A stretch of DNA of 64,000 bases from Alphaproteobacteria bacterium (lineage in GTDB: Bacteria > Pseudomonadota > Alphaproteobacteria > UBA7887), in contig CBDCGL010000011.1 of the NCBI GenBank assembly GCA_965216755.1, forward strand, positions 2,464,001 to 2,528,000. Direction: 5' to 3'. Below the pieces are notes generated by a model. It was not told the DNA's origin. It made no database searches and was given only the letters and a program-made list of their open reading frames with translations. The translations under genes were made by a program, and so were the position numbers. This document shows positions 1 to 10,394 of this stretch, one piece after another (position 1 is the stretch's first letter; the number at the start of each line of letters is the position of its first letter).

Positions 1-2502
1 GCCGACAAAGGCGTTGCTGCCAATCGATACCGAGCCGATCTGGATGTAGCCACCTTCGGCCCGATAGCCCTTGAGGATCGTCTCGCGGCTCAAAATCGTG
101 TTGTCGCCAATTGAGATCAGATCGGTGCAAACCGGCCCCGACTTGGAAAGAATGACCACATTCTTGCCGATTTTGGCGCCGAGCAAACGCAGGTAAATGT
201 TGTAGACTGGCGTCCCAACGAACATCGCCATCGGATTGATCTTGGTATACTGCCGGACTACCCAGAAGCGGAAATAGGATAGGCTCCAAATGGGTATGCG
301 CTCTTCTTTCCAGCGGCCGATCAGCAGCCATTTCACGGCGAAGGGCAGGGCCAGCGAGAACGCCAGCGATGCCATGGCAAAGATAAAGACGCGGGTGTAG
401 GCGTCCACCATGCCCGTGGCCGAGAACACCCAATTCACACTGAAGATCATGAGCCACAAACCGGCGGCAATGTTGGCGCCGTAAAACAGCAGCTGCAGCG
501 CGCCGCAGGTAAAATATTCGCGTTTACTTGGAATGCGGTAGGTATCCGGGTTGCCGACCACCGCAGCCGTTGCGTCCTTGGCAGCCAACAAGCCGGCCAA
601 ACCACGAACGGTCGGGTTGCGGTAGATGTCGCGCATCGACACATCGGTGATATCGAGTTTTTTGCGGATCTTGGCCGTGAAATTGGCCATCATGAGTGAG
701 TTGGCGCCAAGGTCCTCGAACAGATCGTCTTCAACGGAAACGCGTTCGACATTCAGCAAGCCGGCGAGAATATCGGCGAGTGCGGTTTCAAGTTGCGTGT
801 CGGGCGCCACATAATCGCGGTCGGTGCGGTTAATCCGCTGCCGCGATGGGGCGGGCAGAGCCTTTCGGTCCGCCTTGTCATTCGACGTCATGGGAATGAT
901 GTCGAGCGGCTCGTAGTAGGTCGGCACCATGTAGCTTGGCATTAACTCGCGCAGGGCGTCAGCCACACAGGCGGGTTCCAGGTGCGGCCGGCCTTCGACC
1001 GCGGTGTAGTACGCCACCAGCTCCTTGACGCCCGGCTCCGCCTCATACGTGTCAACCACCGCCTGGGCGACACCGGGAATCTGCATGATCACCGACTCGA
1101 TCTCAGTCAGTTCGATCCGATAGCCCCGAATCTTGACCTGCGTGTCAATGCGACCGAGATACTCAATCTGTCCTTCCGCGTTGACGCGACCGAGATCGCC
1201 GGTCCGGTAAATACGCTCGGACGGGTTGTTCGGGATGTTGAGAAAATCGTCGATAAACGCTTTCTCCGTCAGATCCTCTCGGCCAAGATAGCCGGGGGCC
1301 AAACAGATCCCGGCGATACCGATTTCGCCGGTGTCGCCGCGCGGCAAGGCGCGATTTTCATCCGCCGACAGGATCACGATCGAATAGGTCGGCAGCGGCA
1401 CGCCGATGGTGACGGGCGTGCCGGGGCGCAACGCGGTGACCGTTGCGGTCACGGTCGCCTCGGTCGGACCATAGGCGTTCAGGATGGTGCGGTCATCGCG
1501 GTACCAGCGTTCGACCAAGTCATAAGGGCACGCTTCGCCCGATGTGATCAAAAGGCGCAGGTCCGGCAGATCTTCCTCGATCGTGGCCAACAGGGTCGGC
1601 ACGCAACACAGGGCGGTAACCCGGCGCTCGGCCAAGAATTCGTGCAAGTCCGAACCCAATAGGCTGCCGCCGGTCTGATTGGGCACCAAAGTGGCACCGG
1701 CGATCAACGGCACCCAAATCTCCTCGACAGAGAAGTCGAATGCGATCGTCAAGCCCTGATAGACCCGGTCCTGCCACCGATAGCCGTAGACTTCGGCCGC
1801 CACGCGAACAAAGTTGCAGATGCTACCGTGTTTGATCGGCACGCCTTTCGGTCGCCCGGTGGTGCCTGACGTATAGATGATGTAGGAGAGCTCGCTTAAC
1901 GGGTGCCCCGTCTCGTCGAGGGTCAAGCGCGCCGCATCCTCGGCTTGGATATCTTCTTCGCTTTGGTCGATACAGAGTAGAGGCGTCGTCAGGGCCTTAA
2001 GATTTTCGGTATGTCGCGACAAGGTCACGATCATACTGACGGCGGCATCCTCTGCGATGTAACGGATTCGATCTTCCGGAAAGCAAACATCAAGCGGAAC
2101 ATAGGCGGCATTGATCTTCTGCACCGCAAGAAGCGACACATAGCTGTCGACGGAGCGATCAAAAAGAAGACCGATGATGTCGCCGGTACCGAGCCCCTGC
2201 CGAATCATATACCGCGCTAATTGATTGGCACGCCGATCGAGTTCGCTATAGCTCAAGGCCCCTTCTTGGCTATCGATTGCAAGATGCTCCGCCCTGCCGT
2301 CGCGCGCCAACGCGTCGCAGCGTGCCTCAAACAAGTGATGAAGCCGCTCGCCGCTTGTCCAACGTGGGTTATTGTCCCCCTCAGGCACCAGAATCAGGGC
2401 GCGCCGCGCGTCGTCGACGGTCATTGTCGAGTGAGAGGCTTGGGAGACCGGCACCTGCCGCGCATGCGCGGTCTTTGGTTCTAGGTCCAACGAGAAGTCC
2501 AT
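1..2502 (-). CDS. Pls/PosA-family single-module membrane NRPS (A domain, PCP, TM segments, NRPS terminal domain); runs off the left edge
   Basis: Manual translation (absent from the ORF track because it has no stop in the window): A1 LSYSELDRRANQLA, A3 YIIYTSGTTGRPKG, AFDFSVEE, NAYGPTE, PCP motif DLFEDLGANSL, hydrophobic helices, then IPIWSLSYFRFW and LRLLGAKIGKNV typical of the Pls-like terminal domain. ATG 2502, alternative in-frame ATG 2424. Confidence 0.88.
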   Translation of the reverse strand, partial: MDFSLDLEPKTAHARQVPVSQASHSTMTVDDARRALILVPEGDNNPRWTSGERLHHLFEARCDALARDGRAEHLAIDSQEGALSYSELDRRANQLARYMIRQGLGTGDIIGLLFDRSVDSYVSLLAVQKINAAYVPLDVCFPEDRIRYIAEDAAVSMIVTLSRHTENLKALTTPLLCIDQSEEDIQAEDAARLTLDETGHPLSELSYIIYTSGTTGRPKGVPIKHGSICNFVRVAAEVYGYRWQDRVYQGLTIAFDFSVEEIWVPLIAGATLVPNQTGGSLLGSDLHEFLAERRVTALCCVPTLLATIEEDLPDLRLLITSGEACPYDLVERWYRDDRTILNAYGPTEATVTATVTALRPGTPVTIGVPLPTYSIVILSADENRALPRGDTGEIGIAGICLAPGYLGREDLTEKAFIDDFLNIPNNPSERIYRTGDLGRVNAEGQIEYLGRIDTQVKIRGYRIELTEIESVIMQIPGVAQAVVDTYEAEPGVKELVAYYTAVEGRPHLEPACVADALRELMPSYMVPTYYEPLDIIPMTSNDKADRKALPAPSRQRINRTDRDYVAPDTQLETALADILAGLLNVERVSVEDDLFEDLGANSLMMANFTAKIRKKLDITDVSMRDIYRNPTVRGLAGLLAAKDATAAVVGNPDTYRIPSKREYFTCGALQLLFYGANIAAGLWLMIFSVNWVFSATGMVDAYTRVFIFAMASLAFSLALPFAVKWLLIGRWKEERIPIWSLSYFRFWVVRQYTKINPMAMFVGTPVYNIYLRLLGAKIGKNVVILSKSGPVCTDLISIGDNTILSRETILKGYRAEGGYIQIGSVSIGSNAFVG

Positions 2503-2566
2503 CTTGCACCACCGTTTGTCGTGATGACGCGCCTCGATCCTTGAGCCGGATCGAGAGCGCGTCGGG

Positions 2567-2977
2567 TTAAAAGGACGCCACCGTCGGCCTTAGAAAGGCT
2601 GACATGGTGACGAGGTAGTGGCGGGCCGCAGCGGCATCCCGATCCGAAGCCGTGGGTTGATCGTGCGGCTGGTCGGTTGGGTCGACGGGCGCGCCGCCGA
2701 CGGTCCAACCGTTCCCCTCTAGATCGGCAAGCGCGGCGCCCAAGGGCGACTGCCCCCGCCGCCGTATGCCGACAAAGACATAGCTGAATGGATCGAAGCT
2801 GGGCACGGCCGGAAGCTCGTCAGCCGACAGAGCCAAACCGATGGCCACCCCGGCAAGGTCGAGTGCCTTGGCGACGCTGGCGCTCGGACAGGTCCGAAAC
2901 AGCACCATCTTCTTCGGCCCGCGCGTCAAAAGAACGCGATCGCGGGCGTAGCTGCTAAAATTTCGTCCGATGAACAT
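2567..2977 (-). CDS. Hypothetical protein between the aminotransferase and the NRPS
   Basis: 136-aa ORF with GGGAGG RBS, starting 15 nt after the aminotransferase stop on the same strand. Confidence 0.55.
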   Translation of the reverse strand: MFIGRNFSSYARDRVLLTRGPKKMVLFRTCPSASVAKALDLAGVAIGLALSADELPAVPSFDPFSYVFVGIRRRGQSPLGAALADLEGNGWTVGGAPVDPTDQPHDQPTASDRDAAAARHYLVTMSAFLRPTVASF

Positions 2978-2992
2978 CTCTACCTCCCTGCC

Positions 2993-4315
2993 CTAAGCGG
3001 TTGCCGGAATCGGAAGACGCGAAAATTGTGCGCCGAAGCCACCAAACTCCTGCGCCAGCGCGTGCTCCAGGCGATCCAGACCATCATCCAAATGCTCCCA
3101 ACTAATGGTGAGTGGCATGAGGCATTTGATGACTTCGTCGTTCGGCCCGGCTCGTTCGATGATGAGCCCATTTGCGAAAGCGTTCTTCGTCACTGCGGCA
3201 GCGCGATCCGGATCCGCGGCGCGCACACCTTGCATCATGCCGTGCCCGCGCACTTCGACCAGGTGCGGCGCGAAAGAACGCACCATACGTTGCAGGCGCT
3301 CGGTCAAATGCTGACCCTTGGCACACACATCATTGGCGAAATCCGCCGTGCGCCAGTAGCGTTCAAGAGCCGCCGTGGCGGTGACGAACGCGTGATTGTT
3401 GCCCCGGAAGGTGCCGTTGTGCTCGCCGGGCTGCCACTGGTCCAACGACCGACGCATCAAGACAAGCGCAAACGGCAGGCCGTAACCGGACAGCGATTTT
3501 GACAGTGTGACGATGTCGGGCTCGATACCGGCCCATTCGAAGCTAAAGAACGCGCCCGTTCGGCCGCACCCGGCTTGAATGTCATCGACGATCAGCAGGA
3601 TGTCGTTCTTTTGGCAAAAAGCCTGCAAACGTTGCAGCCAGGCGGCGCGGGCAACATTGAGTCCGCCTTCGCCTTGGACGGTTTCAACAATCACCGCGGC
3701 GGGATGGTCGACACCACTTGAGGGGTCTTCCACCATACGCTCGAGATAAGCGATGCTGTCGAGATCGCCGAGATAGCCGTCGAAGGGCATCACGGTCGTG
3801 CCATAAAGAGGTACGCCGGCGGCGCCGCGGTGGTGCTGATTGCCGGTCGCCGCCAGCGCCCCGGTGGACACGCCATGAAAACCATTTGTAAAACAAATGA
3901 CGTTCGTCCGATTGGTCACCTTGCGGGCGATTTTCAGGGCGGCCTCAACCGCGTTCGTTCCGGTCGGGCCGGTGAACTGCGCCACATAGTCCAAGCCTCG
4001 CGGTTCGAGCACGATGTGCTGCAACGCCTGAAGGAAACGTTCCTTGGCCGCAGTATGAAGATCGAGGCTATGGGTGATTCCGTCGCGTGTGATGTGCTCG
4101 ATCAATGCTTGCTTTAGCAAGGGATTGTTGTGGCCGTAATTCAAGGATCCGGCACCGGCAAGAAAGTCCAGGTACCGTCGCCCCGAGGCATCCCAGATCT
4201 CCGCGCCGACCGCACGATCAAAAACACGCGGAAAGGCCCGTGCATAAGACTGCACGCTCGACTCCACTTGTTCGAAGATGTTGTTTGTCGTCATTGTCAT
4301 GGTCTCCCAAACCAA
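2993..4315 (-). CDS. ectB: Diaminobutyrate--2-oxoglutarate transaminase (class III PLP, EctB-like)
   Basis: [71 protein letters not shown]; true start probably a few codons downstream. Confidence 0.9.
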   Translation of the reverse strand: MVWETMTMTTNNIFEQVESSVQSYARAFPRVFDRAVGAEIWDASGRRYLDFLAGAGSLNYGHNNPLLKQALIEHITRDGITHSLDLHTAAKERFLQALQHIVLEPRGLDYVAQFTGPTGTNAVEAALKIARKVTNRTNVICFTNGFHGVSTGALAATGNQHHRGAAGVPLYGTTVMPFDGYLGDLDSIAYLERMVEDPSSGVDHPAAVIVETVQGEGGLNVARAAWLQRLQAFCQKNDILLIVDDIQAGCGRTGAFFSFEWAGIEPDIVTLSKSLSGYGLPFALVLMRRSLDQWQPGEHNGTFRGNNHAFVTATAALERYWRTADFANDVCAKGQHLTERLQRMVRSFAPHLVEVRGHGMMQGVRAADPDRAAAVTKNAFANGLIIERAGPNDEVIKCLMPLTISWEHLDDGLDRLEHALAQEFGGFGAQFSRLPIPATA

Positions 4316-4762
4316 TAGAGTTCACCGACTTGCGGTCGTGTTCTTGCGCACGCGCCTACGCTCGCGCGCAGTCGCGGCTCGACCGATCTATGAAGGGGAT
4401 GCCTTGCCCGCGGTTACCGCGCCGGGCGTCTTAGGCCCTGAACGTCAACCGGTTCCGGGCTTGAAATCTGAACACTGTCTGATTCCCCCGAAGAAGATCC
4501 GTTCGTGTGAACTAGATCACATATCGGAGTACACGCGGGGTACGCGCCGGGGGGTTATTCTTCGTTAAAAAAAGACCGCACGCGCGAAAATGGGGCAATT
4601 AAGTTATTGACGCAGAAAGATTATCGACACACCACGAAAACGATCGACCGGCCCCGCATGGATCACGGGCAACGGTTCGATCGGTTGATTTTGACGATCA
4701 TAGGAGCATCAGTGATCGGCGCGATCACAATTCTGTGCCTGATCAAACCAGCCCGATAACGC

Positions 4763-4980
4763 TCACGGAGGTAACGCGGTCGCGGTTTTGTATTGGTGCA
4801 GGGCGATCTGCGAGGTGGCCGAAGCGACCGAATCGTGGCCAAGCACGCTTTCCATCAAAAAGCGCCAGAATTCGGCGACGCTTCGCGCGCGAACGATCAG
4901 CGTATCGTCATTGGCACCGGTCACCGCATGGCACTCCAGGATTTCGGACGTTTCCACGATTTTGTTTTCGAAAGCCTGAC
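4763..4980 (-). pseudogene. Remnant of an Lrp/AsnC regulator (C-terminal ligand-binding domain only)
   Basis: EILECHAVTG...LIVRARSVAEF...ATSQIAL.QYK...LP matches the AsnC C-terminal pattern; no HTH; upstream frame broken near a T-run at about 4983-4991. Confidence 0.6.
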
Positions 4981-5117
4981 GCTTTTTTTTTGGGGTTCAT
5001 AGTTTTTCGGATTCACGAAGACAAAGACACAGAGGTGAAATACGCCTCAATAAGAACGATAAAACCCAAAAAATCGCGATAGAATGTGCCGCCGACACGC
5101 ACAGAGGGGAATGCGCG

Positions 5118-6203
5118 ATGGCTGATCTTTTCGACAACCCGACCGGCCTGGACGGGTTTGAATTCGTGGAGTTTTCGGCACCGGAAAAGGGCGTGCTGGA
5201 ACCGGTCTTTGAGAGCATGGGTTTTGCCGAAGTCGCCCGGCACCGTTCGAAGGATGTCGCGCTCTGGCGCCAGGGCGAAATCAATCTGATTACGAACTAC
5301 GAGCCACGGTCCGCAGCGTGGTTCTTTGCGCGCGAGCATGGCCCTTCGGCCTGCGGCATGGCCTTTCGGGTCGGGGACGCCGCCAAGGCTTACGACCATT
5401 TGATCGCGCAAGGTGCCGAGCCGGTACCTGTCGTCACCGGGCCAATGGAACTGCGCATTCCGGCCATCCGCGGCATCGGCGGCGCCATCCTCTATCTGGT
5501 CGATCGCTACGGCGACGACCTCTCGATCTACGATATCGATTTCAATTATTTGCCTGGCGTCGACCTCAAGCCCGTCGGCGCGGGTTTTAGGATGATCGAT
5601 CACCTGACCCACAACGTCTATTCCGGCCGTATCGCCTATTGGGCGAATTACTATGAAACGCTGTTCAATTTCCGCGAGATTCGCGATTTTGACATCAAGG
5701 GCGAATATACCGGCCTGACGTCAAAAGCGCTGACCGCCCCGGATGGCAAGATTCGGATACCGCTGAATGAAGAGGCCGAAGGCGGAAAAGGCCAGATCGA
5801 GGAATATCTGCGCGCATTCAATGGCGAAGGTATCCAGCATGTCGCCCTTATTTGCGATGACTTGATCGCGTGCTGGGACCAATTGAAGGCACGCGGTGTC
5901 CCCTTCATGACGGCGCCATCAGACACCTATTACGACATGATTGGCGAGCGCCTGCCGGGACATGGTGAACCTGTAGGCGAACTAAAGGCCCGTGGCATTC
6001 TGCTGGACGGAACGACAGACGGGGGTCAGCCACGCCTCTTGCTGCAGATCTTTGCCGAAGCCCAAATCGGGCCTGTGTTCTTCGAATTCATCCAGCGGAA
6101 GGGCGACGACGGCTTTGGCGAAGGCAACTTCAAAGCGCTGTTTGAATCCATGGAGCGCGATCAAATCCGGCGCGGTGTGCTCAATACTGAAGACACGGTA
6201 TAG
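5118..6203 (+). CDS. hppD: 4-hydroxyphenylpyruvate dioxygenase
   Basis: [54 protein letters not shown]. Confidence 0.96.
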   Translation: MADLFDNPTGLDGFEFVEFSAPEKGVLEPVFESMGFAEVARHRSKDVALWRQGEINLITNYEPRSAAWFFAREHGPSACGMAFRVGDAAKAYDHLIAQGAEPVPVVTGPMELRIPAIRGIGGAILYLVDRYGDDLSIYDIDFNYLPGVDLKPVGAGFRMIDHLTHNVYSGRIAYWANYYETLFNFREIRDFDIKGEYTGLTSKALTAPDGKIRIPLNEEAEGGKGQIEEYLRAFNGEGIQHVALICDDLIACWDQLKARGVPFMTAPSDTYYDMIGERLPGHGEPVGELKARGILLDGTTDGGQPRLLLQIFAEAQIGPVFFEFIQRKGDDGFGEGNFKALFESMERDQIRRGVLNTEDTV

Positions 6204-6352
6204 GGGACCGCACCTTGCGTGAGACATCGCCGCCGCGTACGCGCGCATAGCGGCATTTCCCCCTTGTCCTCCGGCGCTTTGCAACCAATCCCATTGGGCG
6301 TAGCTTTGTCGCGAGATCTTGCGCGCAGGCGCGTGAACGGGGAGATCGAGGC

Positions 6353-7471
6353 ATGAGAGCGGCAACAGCACTGGCCGCCGCGGGCGGCGTCGTCGTCGGC
6401 ATAGCAATTGGTGCGACATTGTTCCGGAGCGGTGACGAGACCGAGGGTGCAACACAAACCGATAGTTCCGCGCCCACCACGGTCGCGGAGCCCGGCGTCG
6501 GACCATCCGTGCAATGGAAACTGGCCGGTTTGTTTCCCCGCACCTTGGTGCTGACGGGCGAACAAGGTGTCCGATTCGTCGACCGGCTCAAGGTGATCTC
6601 GAACGGCGACATCGAGCTCAAATATTTCGAACCCGGTGCGCTCGTGCCGGGCCTGGAGATCTTCGATGCGGTGTCGTCCGGGGCCATCGACGCCGGTTGG
6701 GCAAGCCCAGGCTTTTGGGCGGGCAAAGTGTCGGCACTGCAGTTCTTCACCGCGGTCCCATTCGGTCCCGAGCCAGGTGAGTTGCTCGGCTGGCTGATGT
6801 ATGGCGGTGGTCGCGAGCTGGTGGAGGAACTCTACCATCGTCACAATATCCACCCGCTCATATGCAACATGACGTCACCCGAGGGCTCGGGCTGGTTTCG
6901 ACGCCCGATCGAGTCGGTCGACGACCTCAGGGGCCTCAAAATGCGTTTCTTCGGCCTCGGCGCCAAAGTGGTCGAAAAACTCGGCGTCTCGACACAACTG
7001 ATCGCGCCAGGTGACATTTTTCCAGCGCTTGAGCTGGGCACTATCGACGCGGCCGAATTTGCCATGCCGGTTATGGACGAGGCGCTCGGCCTCGACCAAG
7101 TCGCCAAGCATTATTACTTCCCCGGCTGGCACCAACCTGCGAGCTTCGGCGACCTCATCGTCAACATCGAACGCTGGGAGGCGCTCAACGCGACCCAGAA
7201 AGCGCAAATCGAAATGGCGTGCCGCGAAAGCGTACTGCGCGGGCTTGCCGAAGGCGAGGCACTGCAAGGCAAAGCCTTGGAAGCACTACAAGAGCGCGGC
7301 GTGACTCTGCACCGCTGGCCGCCCGAAATGATTGCGGCGTTCCGCGGCGCGTGGCACGAGGTGGCCGCAGAGCAGGCCGCCGCCGACGCCGACTTCGCCC
7401 GCGTTTGGGAATCATTGAGCACGTTCCGCGAGACCTATAGCCTGTGGGGCGAATACGGCTATCTGCGCTGA
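6353..7471 (+). CDS. TRAP transporter substrate-binding protein (DctP/TakP-like), orphan
   Basis: DAVSSGAIDAGW, GWFRRPIESVDDLRGLKMR, HYYFPGWHQP; N-terminal hydrophobic anchor; no dctQM adjacent. Confidence 0.88.
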   Translation: MRAATALAAAGGVVVGIAIGATLFRSGDETEGATQTDSSAPTTVAEPGVGPSVQWKLAGLFPRTLVLTGEQGVRFVDRLKVISNGDIELKYFEPGALVPGLEIFDAVSSGAIDAGWASPGFWAGKVSALQFFTAVPFGPEPGELLGWLMYGGGRELVEELYHRHNIHPLICNMTSPEGSGWFRRPIESVDDLRGLKMRFFGLGAKVVEKLGVSTQLIAPGDIFPALELGTIDAAEFAMPVMDEALGLDQVAKHYYFPGWHQPASFGDLIVNIERWEALNATQKAQIEMACRESVLRGLAEGEALQGKALEALQERGVTLHRWPPEMIAAFRGAWHEVAAEQAAADADFARVWESLSTFRETYSLWGEYGYLR

Positions 7472-7601
7472 AGCAATAGGTCAAGCACCAAGCTCATTAT
7501 TTTGTCAGCATCATATGCTTATGCACAGGATATAGACGTCGCAATCGACACGCCGACCGGAAGCGCCACGTACATGGTAGGTGACCAGCGAAACGGCGTT
7601 T

Positions 7602-7701
7602 CGGTGTTTCGGTGACAGTTTACTAAATACACCGGATTTTGTGGTGATTTATCAAAGACTACGATATTTTGTGTATTTAGTAAACTGTCACCGAAACACC
7701 G
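7602..7701. repeat. REP-like palindromic element, 31-bp perfect inverted repeat
   Basis: CGGTGTTTCGGTGACAGTTTACTAAATACAC (7602-7632) and its reverse complement (7671-7701); core shared with 44191-44302. Confidence 0.9.
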
Positions 7702-7941
7702 TAATATCCGATGATTCTGGCGGACACCGACCTGTTAGCGATTTTGGACAGGTCTTGGTCGCTTAAGTAGGGCGCGCGAGCGGCGCGCGCGGCACGGTCA
7801 GCGTGGTCTTCGCGCAAGGCTTCCACGACGCTCTATTCGCCGCGGGCAACGCTGCCGCCGAAAACCTGCGGATCCGGTCAACCGCCATACCGTGTTAAAG
7901 GACGGCGACATTCATCAACAAAGCTGTCAAGGAACGCCATC

Positions 7942-8730
7942 ATGCCCCCAGATGCCTTTGATGTGACCGGCAAGGCGGTTTTGATTACGGGTGCAGGACG
8001 CGGCATCGGCAAGGGCATCGCGCAAGTTCTGGCCGAGGCCGGCGCCGACGTCGCCATCAATGCCCTAACCCCGCGCTATGTCGAGGGCGTCGCGGCTGAG
8101 ATTGCCGGCGCCAGCGGCAGAAAGGTTGTACCGGTGATCGCGGACGTCACCAAAATCGATGGCGCGCAGCGGGCAATTGACGCAACGATGGAGGCCTTTG
8201 GCCGAATCGATGTGCTGATCAACAATTTGGGCGACGCCATCTACAAGCCACTGGTGGCCTTGCCCGGCGATGAAACACCAGCATTGACCGACGAAGAGCT
8301 GAACCTGGTCATGGATGTCAACCTCACCGAGGCCATTTTGTGCACGCGCGCAGTCGGGCCGCACATGTTGGCGCGCCGTTCGGGCAAGGTGATCAACATT
8401 TCCTCTTGGACCGCCCGCCAAGGCGGCGGCGACATGGTCGTGTACTCGATCGCCAAGACCGGTCTGGCTGGCTTCACCCGTGCCCAAGCGTTGGAATGGG
8501 CGCCATATGGCGTGCACGTGAATAGTATTGCGCCAGGCATTTTTCCCGACCCGGTGACGGTCGGGGACGATGGGATGGCGCGCTCCAAAGAAATGGCGGC
8601 GCGCAGCGTACCCTTGATTCGTCCCGGCGAGCTCCGTGAAGTGGGCTATCTGGCGCTCTACCTCGCATCGGCCGCGTCTAACTACATGACCGGACAAACC
8701 ATTTCGCTCGATGGCGGCATGAGCCTATAG
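7942..8730 (+). CDS. SDR family oxidoreductase
   Basis: TGAGRGIG, YSIAK, VNSIAPG, DGG. Confidence 0.92.
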   Translation: MPPDAFDVTGKAVLITGAGRGIGKGIAQVLAEAGADVAINALTPRYVEGVAAEIAGASGRKVVPVIADVTKIDGAQRAIDATMEAFGRIDVLINNLGDAIYKPLVALPGDETPALTDEELNLVMDVNLTEAILCTRAVGPHMLARRSGKVINISSWTARQGGGDMVVYSIAKTGLAGFTRAQALEWAPYGVHVNSIAPGIFPDPVTVGDDGMARSKEMAARSVPLIRPGELREVGYLALYLASAASNYMTGQTISLDGGMSL

Positions 8731-8824
8731 GCCTGCACGGCTGCGAACATGCTCGGGACAGCGCTGTGTGAGCCAACATGATACGCTCGGCCTGACCAGT
8801 TCACCGAGCGAGAGATCAAGAGAC

Positions 8825-9625
8825 ATGTCCGACTTGACAGGGCGAACGGCGATCGTGTCGGGGGCAGCCCGCGGCATCGGCGCGGAATGCGCCAAGGCGC
8901 TGGCCGCCGCGGGCGCGGCCGTGATGCTGACCGATGTGCTTGAGGCCGAGGGCACAGCCACCGCGGATGCGATCCAAACCGCCGGGGGTATCACCGCATT
9001 TTCCGTGCACGACGTTACCCGGGAAGAAGACTGGCAACGCGTCTTCGACGATACCGCGGCGCGTTTCGGCGGCCCCCATATCGTGGTCAACAACGCCGGC
9101 GTTTTTGTCGGGAAACCACTCGAGGACATGACGCTCGCGGAATGGCGGTGGCAAACGTCGATCAATCTTGACGGCGTGTTTCTCGGCACCAAGCATGCCA
9201 TGCGGCGCTTGAAGGGAACCTGTGCCGGCGATAGGCCCAGCGGCTCGATCGTGAACCTGTCGTCGGTCGCCGGCCTGATCGGCTCGCCACTCAGCGCCGG
9301 CTATAGCGCCACCAAGGGGGGCGTGCGTTTGTTGACCAAATCAGCCGCGCTCGAATGCGCGCATTTGGGATACAACATTCGCGTCAACTCTGTGCATCCC
9401 GGCATCATCGAGACCGATATGATGACCCAAGTGGCCCAAAAGATGATGAAAATCCAAGATGCCAACTATGATCAGGCATGGGATTTCCTCAGCGATTTTC
9501 AACCCATTGGGCGCAAAGGCCGCGCTGACGAGGTCGCCCGTGCCATCGTGTTTTTGGCTTCGGATGATTCATCTTTGATGACCGGTGCCGAGCTGGTCCT
9601 TGATGGCGGCCTGACAGCGAAGTAG
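8825..9625 (+). CDS. SDR family oxidoreductase (3-beta-HSD/cyclopentanol dehydrogenase-like)
   Basis: SGAARGIG, NNAG, YSATKGG, RVNSVHPG; ATG 8825. Confidence 0.92.
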   Translation: MSDLTGRTAIVSGAARGIGAECAKALAAAGAAVMLTDVLEAEGTATADAIQTAGGITAFSVHDVTREEDWQRVFDDTAARFGGPHIVVNNAGVFVGKPLEDMTLAEWRWQTSINLDGVFLGTKHAMRRLKGTCAGDRPSGSIVNLSSVAGLIGSPLSAGYSATKGGVRLLTKSAALECAHLGYNIRVNSVHPGIIETDMMTQVAQKMMKIQDANYDQAWDFLSDFQPIGRKGRADEVARAIVFLASDDSSLMTGAELVLDGGLTAK

Positions 9626-10022
9626 TGCGCGGTGCGACAGGCGCCGCCACAGACGCGCTACCGCGACCGTCGTGGGTCGCTGAGCACGAGCTCAACATTG
9701 CCATCGATATTGACCCCGTCCACGATACGCCCGGCAGCGCTTCGACCGATACCGTCGCGCCGCGAGGGATCTATTCTCGGGCCTGGGAATAGGCTCAATT
9801 CTGATGAGGCAAAGAGTTCAAGGATGACCGCAGAGCCCAAGACGATCTCGTTTACAGAAACCGTTCGTGCGGCGATTGGTGTCGTCGGATCATGAGCGGC
9901 GCCGTCAGTTCAACCAAAGCGTATGATCCCACCATCCGGGCGCTGCGGCGATCGTCGATGGCATCGGCCACGCGAATCACCGATTGCACTGGCGCCCGCG
10001 CGTTGTCGCAGGGATCGGCCCG

Positions 10023-10394
10023 ATGACCCGCGAAGAGTTGATCGCCCAGCTGCGCGACATTCACTTCCCGCCCCTCGTCGATCATGTGCCGGGGCTGGAC
10101 TTCGCGATCTGGCCGATCGCACTGTTGGCCATGATCTGGATTGGAATTCGCGCCGTGCGATTTTGGCGGCGAAATGCGTGGCGCCGTGACGTGCGCGCCG
10201 CACTAAAGCGGATTGAATCGCGGATAGATCGCGCCGAGCAATGGCCCGCATTGCTCGATCTGGCGATCAAGATCGCACATGTTCGTGGGCGCGCGACTCC
10301 GCTGCCAGCGATCGCCTACCGGCGTCCAGATCAAATCGGAGATGCCGATATGCGTGCTCTGGTCCGGCACATTCGCGCCGAAACGTCGCGATGA
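10023..10394 (+). CDS. DUF4381-like small membrane protein of MoxR/Bat clusters
   Basis: QLRDIHFPP, then a TM helix and RRNAWRR; stop overlaps the next ATG. Confidence 0.7.
   Translation: MTREELIAQLRDIHFPPLVDHVPGLDFAIWPIALLAMIWIGIRAVRFWRRNAWRRDVRAALKRIESRIDRAEQWPALLDLAIKIAHVRGRATPLPAIAYRRPDQIGDADMRALVRHIRAETSR

Noticed and set aside
2993-4315. Ectoine biosynthesis operon
   Set aside because: No ectA, ectC or ask adjacent; the neighbours are an NRPS and an unknown ORF
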